DNA from: an uncultured virus (IMG/VR IMGVR_UViG_3300037840_000255)
Taxonomy: Duplodnaviria > Heunggongvirae > Uroviricota > Caudoviricetes
Length of the DNA: 20,000 bases
Strand: one strand, 5' to 3'
IMG/VR virus record: IMGVR_UViG_3300037840_000255
Positions 1 through 7,616 of this stretch are shown piece by piece (within the stretch, counting starts at the first letter, position 1; each line of letters opens with the position of its first letter). The notes beneath the pieces were generated by a model. It saw only the letters and a list, made by a program, of their open reading frames with translations. It was not told where the DNA came from and ran no database searches. The translations under genes and the position numbers were made by a program.

Positions 1-429
1 GAAGAACGAGCGCACATCACGGATCACGCGGGCTTTGGTTTTAATCCCGGACTTCTTCGGGTTAGTGGCCCAGCCCAGGACAAGGCGCCGTGCTGTCTGC
101 GGCGCGATACCCTCGACAGGTTTGCCGTGGGCGTGGCACCGTTCGAGCAGCACACCGATAGCACCGCGCAACATAGCCACCGTGCTTTCATTTGTGCCAA
201 TATCAGCCATGACGGCGGTCGGCGTTGGCAGTTCATAGACGGCGCGGTCGCAGGGATCAGTCTCAAAGTAGCCGTTGAGCAAATTGGCAAAGCAATAGAG
301 CCGCTCGCCTACTGTTTTGCCTTCGAGCCGCCACGTCCACAAGCGAGGCTTCCCAACACGGGAGGCTTCTAGCGTCCCATCGCACACGCCGGTGGCCGTA
401 GCGACATCGAAGGCCGTGATGACTGTCAA
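1..429 (-). CDS. RuvC-like Holliday junction resolvase (phage type), partial, runs off the left edge
   Basis: Not in the ORF track because no stop falls in the window. Manual translation from TTG at 429 (TTGA overlap with the stop of the upstream gene) gives MTVITAFDVATATGVCDG...DRAVYELPTP...MLRGAIGVLLERCHAHGKPVEGIAPQTARRLVLG...KTKARV. The N-terminal beta-strand Asp, the hhhE motif and the P-x-x-x-R/K helix follow the RuvC pattern. Confidence 0.75.
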   Translation of the reverse strand, partial: MTVITAFDVATATGVCDGTLEASRVGKPRLWTWRLEGKTVGERLYCFANLLNGYFETDPCDRAVYELPTPTAVMADIGTNESTVAMLRGAIGVLLERCHAHGKPVEGIAPQTARRLVLGWATNPKKSGIKTKARVIRDVRSFF

Positions 430-1007
430 TGCGTCGCCGTGCTTTCCTGCGCCGCCTTTGCCTTCAGGCCGCCGGCAAGTTCGCGCTGGTGTTCGTGATA
501 GCCGTTCATGAAGGCAACATAGCCGGGCGTGCCAGGCGCGTAGTCAGGCTTCGCCCTCTTATTCTCCATCGAGCATCGCTTGCCCTCACCGAACGCGCGG
601 TCGACGAGCGGCGTGCGGTCGGGCTCATTGAATAGTTCGAGTTGATCGCCCCAAGACGCGCCGACCCACAGAGCGGCTTGCAGCCGTTCCGCGATCTGGG
701 CCTTCACGTCCGCTTCGCCCTCTGGTGTCGAACAGGCGATGCCGGTGAGGATTTGCGTGATGCTGAAACCATCCGCCTTGATCCGCTTGCGCACGTTGCG
801 CAGGTCGGCCGTCGCAGTATCCAGCTTCGCCTTCGCCACCTGGAACGCCGCCTTGTCCCGGATGAAAAGTTCTTGACGCTCGCTGTCCGTCAGTTCTTTG
901 CCGGGGCCGAATGATAGTTGCTGCTGAGCCTTTTTCGTTTTAGCATGGCCGTTGCTGGCCTTCTTGCTCTTTGCCTTCAGTTGCTTCTTTGCTGCCTTGC
1001 GTGCCAT
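426..1007 (-). CDS. Phage protein: Lys-rich N-tail + GapR/DUF2312-like helical domain + C-terminal ribosome-modulation-factor-like domain
   Basis: ATG at 1007 with GGAGG SD. DLRNVRKRIKADGF resembles GapR 'DIKDVYAEAKxxGFD'. DRAFGEGKRCSMENK...PDY...AFMNGYHE resembles RMF 'RAxxxGYxAG...CPY...WLxGW'. Confidence 0.6.
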   Translation of the reverse strand: MARKAAKKQLKAKSKKASNGHAKTKKAQQQLSFGPGKELTDSERQELFIRDKAAFQVAKAKLDTATADLRNVRKRIKADGFSITQILTGIACSTPEGEADVKAQIAERLQAALWVGASWGDQLELFNEPDRTPLVDRAFGEGKRCSMENKRAKPDYAPGTPGYVAFMNGYHEHQRELAGGLKAKAAQESTATH

Positions 1008-1023
1008 TGGCACCTCCATCGGT

Positions 1024-1203
1024 TTAGTGGTTAGTGTGCCCGTCGTCATTGGCCGCAGCGTTCCACAGCTCATCATCGGCGAGAAGATCGCGCAGCAACG
1101 CGCTCGCCGCCTCGTGAGGCAACTTGCCGACTGCGCTGCTGAACGAAATCAACCGCCGAAGCGTGATAGGATCGAGCGGCACAGAGACCAATTTATCGGG
1201 CAT
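1024..1203 (-). CDS. Small protein, possibly ribbon-helix-helix DNA-binding (59 aa)
   Basis: MPDKLVSVPLDPITLRRLISFSSAVGKLPHEAASALLRDLL shows a beta-strand then two helices. The start at 1203 is chosen over the TTG at 1278. Confidence 0.5.
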   Translation of the reverse strand: MPDKLVSVPLDPITLRRLISFSSAVGKLPHEAASALLRDLLADDELWNAAANDDGHTNH

Positions 1204-1360
1204 CGAATCAATCCATCGTGGTGCGAAAAGAATCGCATGACCAGCGCCACATAGCAAAACATGATGGTGGCTTTTCAACCGTTCAGCGATGGCTTATATA
1301 CGCCTCGCGCACCTAGTGCGTTTGGTGTGGTCCGCCCCGGACCTCCCCATCGGTTCAGTC

Positions 1361-1412
1361 CCCGCGCCCGTCCCAGGTCCCGTGCGAGTAGGCGGCCCTA
1401 GGCGGGCGCGGG
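1361..1412. repeat. Long inverted repeat/hairpin in the divergent intergenic region
   Basis: CCCGCGCCCG (1361-1370) and CGGGCGCGGG (1403-1412) are perfect 10-bp arms with an imperfect inner extension (CC.AGG/CCT.GG). Further hairpins lie at 1329-1343 (GGTCCG-ccc-CGGACC) and 1308-1320 (CGCAC-cta-GTGCG). Confidence 0.75.
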
Positions 1413-1470
1413 CCATTTAAAGCGCCGAAAACCCTGCATTTTCAATAGCATTTGCGCCCCGTTGTGAGGC

Positions 1471-1499
1471 TTGAAATCCCCCACCGGGAGGCCTATCTT
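1471..1499 (+). promoter_or_regulatory. Sigma70-type rightward early promoter
   Basis: cTTGAAA (1471-1476), 17-bp spacer, cTATCTT (1494-1499). It is followed by hairpin GCCCCC-aca-GGGGGT (1506-1520) and the first rightward gene. Confidence 0.6.
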
Positions 1500-1543
1500 A
1501 TCGGTGCCCCCACAGGGGGTTGATGAACCGATGAGACACCAAA

Positions 1544-1720
1544 GTGACCCTCCGCCGAATCAAAACGGATCGCGAGCTTGTGCTGGAAGCCGCCCGCGCT
1601 CTGGCCATTTCCACAGATGGTGACGAATACGATCAGGCCTGCGCCGACATGGTGGAGGCTCTTCGCTATGCTCGCGACATCGCATGGTGGGCACAGTTCG
1701 ATAACGCGAGGGTTTCATGA
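1544..1720 (+). CDS. Hypothetical early protein (58 aa)
   Basis: GTG start after the leader GAACCGATGAGACACCAAA; VTLRRIKTDRELVLEAARALAISTDGDEYDQACADMVEALRYARDIAWWAQFDNARVS*; ATGA overlap with the next gene. Below the ORF-track cutoff. Confidence 0.6.
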   Translation: MTLRRIKTDRELVLEAARALAISTDGDEYDQACADMVEALRYARDIAWWAQFDNARVS

Positions 1721-2031
1721 CCCTCGCCCGCCTCAGCCTCAAATCCGCATATCGTGTTGCGCGCAATAGCGTGTCCCGCCGCAGAGCCGGCGCAAGCTGG
1801 AGCGTTACCACGCGCGACCCCATCACCGGCAACCGCCGCTCGGCTTCTTGCGCAGCGAAGCACGTCCGCTTTGTCGTCAGCCGTGCCCGCATCTGGGCCG
1901 CTCTTCTCGCCCTTGGCGTCAATGAACACGAGGCCGAACGCGCATCTCTCACCCTCGCCTCTATGGGCGACTGGCGCACTGTCGTCAGCACTTACATCAG
2001 ACAAACCGATGGAGCACGTCATGCCCGCTGA
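1717..2031 (+). CDS. Hypothetical basic protein (104 aa)
   Basis: ATGA coupling with the upstream ORF; its end overlaps the start of the AAA gene. Confidence 0.6.
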   Translation: MTLARLSLKSAYRVARNSVSRRRAGASWSVTTRDPITGNRRSASCAAKHVRFVVSRARIWAALLALGVNEHEAERASLTLASMGDWRTVVSTYIRQTDGARHAR

Positions 2032-3598
2032 AACCCTCACACGCAGCCAAGCTAAGGCGGCAGATGTTGCTGCGCTCTGGCGCGCACGCGCCCCGCTTCT
2101 CTGGATCGACAGCCGAGAGGAGGCGCGCGTCGAGCGATATCTTGCCGCCGCCGCCAAGTCGATCAAGTACGGTGTTATCACCTGGGATGTGGCCGTCGGT
2201 TTTGCCGACGCGACAGGCGAGCCTCTCAAAGAACCGGAAGGTTCGCGCGATCCTGGCGTCGCTCTCGACTTCATCCGCGAACGCGCCAAGGGCGGCGACC
2301 GCACTGTGTGGGTCCTCCGTGACTTCCCCACATGGCTGACAGGACCGGCCGGCGCGACCACGCTGCGCCAACTGCGCAACCTCGCGCGCTCGCTTCCTGA
2401 CGCCGATCTGGCCAGCACGCAGGCCGTGGTGGTTCTCTCTCCGACGGCCGAAGTCCCGGCCGAACTGGCAGACCACGCAACGGTCATTGAGTGGCCACTT
2501 CCCGACCGCGCTGAGATCGGCGAGGTCCTCGACGAGGCTGTCAAGACTGGCGGCGATAAGGTCGAGCCGCTCAACGGCAAGCGCGAGGCGGCTATTGATG
2601 CCGCTGTCGGCTTGACTGAAGGCGAGGCGGTTGCGTGCTTCAATCGCTCGCTGGTGCAACTGCGCAAGATCGATCCGGCTATCGTCGCCGCCGAGAAGCG
2701 CCGCGTCATCAGCCGCGAGAAAGTCTTGGAATGGTATGACCCGCTCCCCGGTGGGCTCGACGCGGTGGGCGGCCTCGATAACCTGAAGACTTGGCTGCGC
2801 ACGCGCGCTTCGGCTTATTCGCCGGCAGCCCGCGCCTACGGGCTTCCTTCGCCGAAGGGCGTCCTCATTGTCGGTATCCCCGGCACGGGCAAGTCGCTCA
2901 CCGCCAAGGCGGCCAGCACGACCTGGGGCATCCCGCTGATCCGCATGGACCTGGGAGCGTTGAAGTCGAAATTTGTCGGCGACAGCGAGGCCAACATCCG
3001 CCGCGCCTTCAAAGTGATCGAGGCCGTGGGCCGTTGCGTGGTCTGGCTCGACGAGATCGAGAAGGCGCTGCAGGGGTCTACATCTGGATCATCCGACGGG
3101 GGCACGTCATCCGATCAGCTCGGCGCGATCCTGTCATGGATGCAAGAGCGTTCGAGCGAGGCCTTCGTGATCGCCACAGCGAATGACGTGTCAGCACTCC
3201 CCCCCGAACTGCTGCGCAAAGGCCGCTTCGACGAATTGTTTTTCGTCGACCTGCCGAACCGCAGTGAGCGCATCCAGATCACCATGGCGACGCTCAAGAT
3301 GTTCGGCCGCAAGTCGCATGTTGTCGATGTTGCCGCCGTTGCGGACGCGACCACGGACTTCACCGGCGCAGAGATCGCGGCCATCGTCCCCGAGGCGATG
3401 TTCACTGCCTTCAACGATGGTGCCCGCGAGATCAGCACGGACGATCTGTTGCAAGCCGCCCGTGATGTTGTGCCGCTCAGCAAAACCGCAGCGCCTAAGA
3501 TCAAAGCGCTGCGGGACTGGGCAAACGGCAAAGCCCGCTCCGCGAGCGTTGCCGAAGAGAAAGCCCCGGAGCGCAAGCTGCGCGCCCTGGATATTTGA
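2021..3598 (+). CDS. AAA+ ATPase, Ycf46/SpoVK-like (degenerate N-terminal AAA-like domain + active C-terminal AAA domain)
   Basis: ATG 2021 after GGAG; Walker A GIPGTGKS; pore loop SKFVGDSE; Walker B VVWLDEIEK; SRH ATANDVSALPPELLRKGRFDELFFVDLP; FTGAEI lid motif. Confidence 0.93.
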   Translation: MPAETLTRSQAKAADVAALWRARAPLLWIDSREEARVERYLAAAAKSIKYGVITWDVAVGFADATGEPLKEPEGSRDPGVALDFIRERAKGGDRTVWVLRDFPTWLTGPAGATTLRQLRNLARSLPDADLASTQAVVVLSPTAEVPAELADHATVIEWPLPDRAEIGEVLDEAVKTGGDKVEPLNGKREAAIDAAVGLTEGEAVACFNRSLVQLRKIDPAIVAAEKRRVISREKVLEWYDPLPGGLDAVGGLDNLKTWLRTRASAYSPAARAYGLPSPKGVLIVGIPGTGKSLTAKAASTTWGIPLIRMDLGALKSKFVGDSEANIRRAFKVIEAVGRCVVWLDEIEKALQGSTSGSSDGGTSSDQLGAILSWMQERSSEAFVIATANDVSALPPELLRKGRFDELFFVDLPNRSERIQITMATLKMFGRKSHVVDVAAVADATTDFTGAEIAAIVPEAMFTAFNDGAREISTDDLLQAARDVVPLSKTAAPKIKALRDWANGKARSASVAEEKAPERKLRALDI

Positions 3599-3623
3599 AC
3601 CCTGAACCGAGAAAGGCTACGCC

Positions 3624-4361
3624 ATGTTGACCACAAGCACCCTCCGCCCCGGCTATCTGGTTTCTCTGAAAACCTCAGTCCGTGGCAACGTCCACTATGC
3701 CCGCACCGACCTGGGCAGCGAACAGGATGGCAGCGCAGCCATCGACAAGTGGACGACTAAGCGCACCATCGATGATCCAGTCGAACATGAGCGCGCCGGC
3801 AAGGCGCGGTCCAAGGCGGCCTCGGTCATCCGCTCAGTCTGCAAACAATCGGCCTTCGGCTTGCTCTGCCCAGAAGTGGACAGCGATAAGCTGGAAGCCG
3901 CCACGGCCGAGGCCCGCAAGATCATCGACGACTTCAACGACACAGCGCAACTGTCCCGCATTTCGATCTATGTGCTGACGGGGCGCGTCATGCCTGACGA
4001 CGTTGAGGCCGTGCGGGCGATCAACTCGGAGATTCGGGAGTTGATGGCGGAAATGTCTGGTGGCATCGAGAACGGCGACGTGGCCGCGATCCGCGAGGCG
4101 GCATCCAAAGTGAAAGGCATCGGTGAGATGCTCAGCACCGACGCCCAGACCAAAGTCGAGATGGCGGTGAAGGCCGCCCGCGAGACGGCGACGAAGATCA
4201 GAAAGGCTACCGACGACGGCGAGACTACGCTGAAGGTGGATACCTCTGCCGTCCGTCGCATCAACGAACTGCGCACCGCGTTTCTTGACCTGGATGATGC
4301 AGCAACCGTGGCCGCGCCCCGCAAGGTCGCGACCGCCCAGCTTGACCTCGCAGCGGAGTAA
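3624..4361 (+). CDS. Helical partner protein of the AAA ATPase (DUF3150-like)
   Basis: 245 aa directly after the AAA gene. 'SAFGLLCP' followed by long helices matches my recollection of DUF3150-like partners of these ATPases; the family call is tentative. Confidence 0.5.
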   Translation: MLTTSTLRPGYLVSLKTSVRGNVHYARTDLGSEQDGSAAIDKWTTKRTIDDPVEHERAGKARSKAASVIRSVCKQSAFGLLCPEVDSDKLEAATAEARKIIDDFNDTAQLSRISIYVLTGRVMPDDVEAVRAINSEIRELMAEMSGGIENGDVAAIREAASKVKGIGEMLSTDAQTKVEMAVKAARETATKIRKATDDGETTLKVDTSAVRRINELRTAFLDLDDAATVAAPRKVATAQLDLAAE

Positions 4362-4368
4362 AACAGTC

Positions 4369-4710
4369 ATGGCGTGCGAAACAATGCGCAAGCCCAAGCA
4401 AACGCTCCAAGAGCGCATCGCCGAGATCACTAAGGCGGTTGCGCTCTTGGACGCCAAGCTGAAGAAGCGGCTTGTGAAGCCGGTGATCGGCCCGCAAGGG
4501 GCGATTACCTTCAAAGGCTGGGATGATCCAGCCGAACGCAACGGCATAACCGATGCATGCGCCTACCGTCGCATTATGGCGACCGGCTCAGTCCTCGCGA
4601 AGCAAGAGATCGCTCGCGCGGAGCAGTTGGCTGGTCGCTCGGTGGATCGGCAGGTCATTGGCCAGGGAACCCATAGTCATGATGGCGGAGCGACGTGGTC
4701 GCGGCACTGA
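4369..4710 (+). CDS. Third gene of the AAA module, unknown function (113 aa)
   Basis: GGAG SD then ATG 4369; MACETMRK...IGPQGAITFKGW...ITDACAYRRIM...GTHSHDGGATWSRH. Confidence 0.75.
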   Translation: MACETMRKPKQTLQERIAEITKAVALLDAKLKKRLVKPVIGPQGAITFKGWDDPAERNGITDACAYRRIMATGSVLAKQEIARAEQLAGRSVDRQVIGQGTHSHDGGATWSRH

Positions 4711-4777
4711 GCGGCGGCCTTCTGGGCATCTGATAGATGCCCAGCGGGGCGTCACGCAAGGCAGCGGGCGTCGTTCA
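4708..4777 (+). promoter_or_regulatory. Structured intergenic RNA element (multi-stem)
   Basis: Perfect 10-bp hairpin CTGGGCATCT-gat-AGATGCCCAG (4722-4744), enclosed by an outer stem TGAGCGGCG (4708-4716)/CGTCGTTCA (4769-4777) with G-U pairs. No U-tract. Confidence 0.55.
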
Positions 4778-4798
4778 AACCAAACTAGGAGTCTGACT

Positions 4799-4954
4799 AT
4801 GCGTAAACGTGAGTGGACTAGAGACGACCGTGCCAAGTTGCGCAAGATGGCGACGCGCAAGCCCGCCAGGATCATCGCAGCGAGCCTGCGACGATCAGAA
4901 GGCGCGACACGGCAGAAGGCATCGTCGTTGGGCATCTCGCTCGACGCGCGCTGA
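4799..4954 (+). CDS. Small GcrA-N-terminus/Myb-like HTH protein (51 aa)
   Basis: AGGAG SD; MRKREWTRDDRAKLRKMATRKPARIIAASLRRSEGATRQKASSLGISL fits the WT..E...L.......IA..L..S..AV..K..RLG pattern. Confidence 0.75.
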   Translation: MRKREWTRDDRAKLRKMATRKPARIIAASLRRSEGATRQKASSLGISLDAR

Positions 4955-5017
4955 ACATAATGGGCGGCGGCTCACAATGAACCGCCGCCCCTCAACCTGA
5001 ACCGATGGAGTGGCGTC

Positions 5018-5476
5018 ATGGAACGTATCGAATATAAAACCAGGGACAAGAGCGGATGGGGCGATGGCCCTTGGCAATCTGAGCCGGACAAAATTCAATG
5101 GCAGGACGCCGCAACAGGAATGCCCTGTCTGATCGTGCGCAACCCTGTCGGCGCATTATGCGGCTATGTCGGCGTGGCACCGTCGCACCCAGCATTTGGC
5201 CACAGCCCTGATGAACCGGATGTCAGCGTTCACGGCGGCTTGACGTTCGCCGAGGGATGTTCGCACGGCAATGAGGCTCACAGTATCTGTCATGTGCCGG
5301 GCGATGGTGAGCCGGATAATGTTTGGTGGTTCGGCTTTGACTGCGCACATGCCGGCGATCTTTGCCCAGGGATGCCGACCTACGTAAAACCGTTTGGTGG
5401 CGAAAGCTACCGTGACGTCGCCTACGTGATGGAGCAATGCCAGCGCTTGGCGGAGCAACTGAAGGGGCAGTCATGA
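5018..5476 (+). CDS. Conserved phage hypothetical protein (LCGYV / HGGLTF / WWFGFDCAH motifs)
   Basis: Motif set typical of a widespread uncharacterised phage family; preceded by hairpin 4962-4990 and AACCGATGGAG. Confidence 0.85.
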   Translation: MERIEYKTRDKSGWGDGPWQSEPDKIQWQDAATGMPCLIVRNPVGALCGYVGVAPSHPAFGHSPDEPDVSVHGGLTFAEGCSHGNEAHSICHVPGDGEPDNVWWFGFDCAHAGDLCPGMPTYVKPFGGESYRDVAYVMEQCQRLAEQLKGQS

Positions 5477-5751
5477 CCGAGCATCCCGACTACACCTTCA
5501 CCAAAGCCGATTGGTCGCTGATCCCTGACTACATGATCGGTGGCCTTCGGCGCTGGATCGAGAACGGCATAGAGCCTGGAGACTTTCTCTGTGCCGTTCT
5601 GAAGAATGATCTGAAAGAGGCGTGCGCCCGCGCCGATGATAACAACCAGCGACGCCTCTTCCAGTACATAAAGTTCCTTTACTGCTATGCGCCGTCAGGA
5701 TGTTTCGGTTCGGAGGAGAAGTTTGATCATTGGAAGCATGCTTATCCGGTT

Positions 5752-6822
5752 TCAACATGCAGGCGCTAAAGGTTGATCGTCATGAGGGCTGACCTTCGCG
5801 TGCTGCCAGTCCCCGCTATAGAGGCCGTCATAGGTCGGGCTTTCGCCATTCGCACCGATGCCGAGCAACGAGCGGAAAGCGTTGAAGGGGTAGAAGCGGC
5901 GGTTAAAGCGGAACGCAAACTCATTGAGGTAGGCTTGCAGATGCTTCGGCTCGACGCGGCCGTGATGCGTCCCTTGAAGCCACGCTTTGAGATTGCTGAA
6001 AACAAGGTGGACGATGGGCAGGTATTCTTCGGCAACCTGCGGGTCGCCGCCCTCGACTACCGGCAGATGGGCATAGCCTCGCGTCCCGAGCGAATTGTAG
6101 GACGGCGCGGCATCGGTCACGACCATCGCGCCAAGGGCTACGGCGGCCTCGACAAAACCGCACAGGGCCTTCTCAGTGCGATCCGGCACAATCTCAATGC
6201 GGAGACGCCCGGCGTATCGGCCGCCGCGCCGCATGGGCTTATCGCCCTTCTTAGCGGGTCGTGTACGGACTTCGACGGCGGCAATGACCAGCGTCTTTTC
6301 ATCGGCGTGAACGCCTTTGCCTTTTCCCCGCGTCTCGCCGCCGACGTAGGTTTCGTCAATCTCGACGTGATCGCCACGGGCCAGATTGCTGCCAATGGGA
6401 TCGCGGTTCGGTCGCACCATGCCAGCGCGGAGCTTGTGCAGGGTTTGAAAGGCCGTCTCGTACCGTTTGAGGCCAAGCTGCCGCTGCAACTGTGTGGCCG
6501 AAATGCCGGGGGTAAGGCTGGAAACGAGATAGGCCGCCCAAAACCACGTTGTAAGCGGCGTATGGGTACCTTCCATGACGGTATTGACCGTGATGGACGT
6601 TTGCTTGCGGCAGGCAGAACAAGCCAGCACACGCGGCCGACTCGCCAGCCTGATCGGTTCGCCCTTTTCGTGGCAGTGCGGGCACTCGAAACCCTTGGGC
6701 CACTTTGCGCCTTCAAGCCAGCGGGCGCAGGCCACGTCATCCGGGAACAGCCGTTGAAAATCCCGGAGCGATTTGGGGAACGGCAGATGTTCCCATTGGT
6801 GAATGTCGTGAAGGGCGGCCAC
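5752..6822 (-). CDS. tnp: IS1595-family (ISXO2-like) transposase
   Basis: N-terminal Zn ribbon CPHC...CSAC; HTH region ISATQLQRQLG...YETAFQTLHKLR; catalytic VEIDETYVGG, VVTDAAPSY, LPIVHLVFSNLK (D-D-H-K); C-terminal HLQAYLNEFAFRFNRR. Confidence 0.96.
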   Translation of the reverse strand: MAALHDIHQWEHLPFPKSLRDFQRLFPDDVACARWLEGAKWPKGFECPHCHEKGEPIRLASRPRVLACSACRKQTSITVNTVMEGTHTPLTTWFWAAYLVSSLTPGISATQLQRQLGLKRYETAFQTLHKLRAGMVRPNRDPIGSNLARGDHVEIDETYVGGETRGKGKGVHADEKTLVIAAVEVRTRPAKKGDKPMRRGGRYAGRLRIEIVPDRTEKALCGFVEAAVALGAMVVTDAAPSYNSLGTRGYAHLPVVEGGDPQVAEEYLPIVHLVFSNLKAWLQGTHHGRVEPKHLQAYLNEFAFRFNRRFYPFNAFRSLLGIGANGESPTYDGLYSGDWQHAKVSPHDDQPLAPAC

Positions 6823-7482
6823 TTAACCCTCCCGGCCATGGAAGTCTTGCGCCGCGTCCCATCGGCTGCCTGTCTCGCCGCCGTTACTGACGCTACATAC
6901 GATGCTCGCCCATTCCGGCGCGGGGACGGTCATCTGCGCAGTGACGTATTGGCCGTCGCAATGCGTCGCCCTAACGGCCCCATCGTCAAGGCGCTTGAAA
7001 TACCAGCCATCTTTCCAGTGAAACCCGACCGTGGCTTCGTTTATGCGGGCCAACCGTTCGCGCTCGTAGCGCGCGTCATCGTCCTGTTTTCGCGTTTTTG
7101 TGCGTTCCGTATATTCAGTCCGCGCCGCTTCAAGAGCCGACTGACATTCGTACCGCCCGCACCAATTTTTATTGAGGCACATAGTGCCCGTGCTGCCGGT
7201 GGGGTTCTGGCAGTTGTCGCAAAGTGGACTATCCAGTTCTTTTTTGGCGATGGCGGCCAAAAACGCCGCCTTAGAGGGCCATCGCTTTTCCCAAACAACG
7301 CGCTGGCGCTCACCTTTAACGGCAACATCGCTTTCGGAAACGCTGTCAAAACGGAACAAACGGCGGTTGTCATAGACGCCCTTAATCCAGTGGCGTCCGG
7401 GACCGCCGTATCCCTCGATAAAGCCGCCCCTCATGTCGATCTTCGGCTTAAAGCCTTTGTTAACGGTCATTTTTGCCTCCAT
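6823..7482 (-). CDS. IS passenger gene, unknown function (219 aa, Cys cluster)
   Basis: Lies inside the IRs, co-oriented and in frame with tnp (TAA directly followed by GTG). Contains CDNC...C...C...C and a C-terminal GFHWKDGWYFKRLDDGAVR...EWASIVCSVS segment. Confidence 0.75.
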   Translation of the reverse strand: MEAKMTVNKGFKPKIDMRGGFIEGYGGPGRHWIKGVYDNRRLFRFDSVSESDVAVKGERQRVVWEKRWPSKAAFLAAIAKKELDSPLCDNCQNPTGSTGTMCLNKNWCGRYECQSALEAARTEYTERTKTRKQDDDARYERERLARINEATVGFHWKDGWYFKRLDDGAVRATHCDGQYVTAQMTVPAPEWASIVCSVSNGGETGSRWDAAQDFHGREG

Positions 7483-7616
7483 TGTTGCAGCCCTTTATCT
7501 AGCACAAGTGGGTGCATGTGTCAACCGGATAAGCATGATTGGAAGGCGCACAAGGGAATGGATTGGCCCGACATCTATGATGGCGACGGCCCTGCGCGCG
7601 TCGTGACGGTGGCGTC

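Larger units (their letters stand above)
5737..7537 (-). mobile_element. IS1595-family insertion sequence (ISSod11-like group), 1801 bp, with passenger gene
   Basis: IR CATGCTTATCCGGTTTCAACATGCA (5737-5761) versus the reverse complement of 7513-7537, CATGCTTATCCGGTTGACACATGCA: 22/25 identical. 8-bp TSD ATTGGAAG at 5729-5736 and 7538-7545. The ends fit the nnnGcnTATC consensus I recall for the ISSod11 group. Confidence 0.95.

Noticed and set aside
1754..2020. Extended N-terminus of the AAA ATPase (614-aa call)
   Set aside because: Low-complexity translation overlapping the coupled ORF 1717-2031. The SD and leader motif point to ATG 2021.
1666..2802. 378-aa minus-strand ORF and other long antisense ORFs (1997-2659, 3834-4547, 13739-14596)
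   Set aside because: They overlap well-supported plus-strand genes, have Ser/Arg/Ala-rich shadow composition and show no motifs.
4928..4961. Promoter upstream of gene 5018 (CATAAT at 4956-4961)
   Set aside because: No credible -35 hexamer at 16-18 bp spacing.
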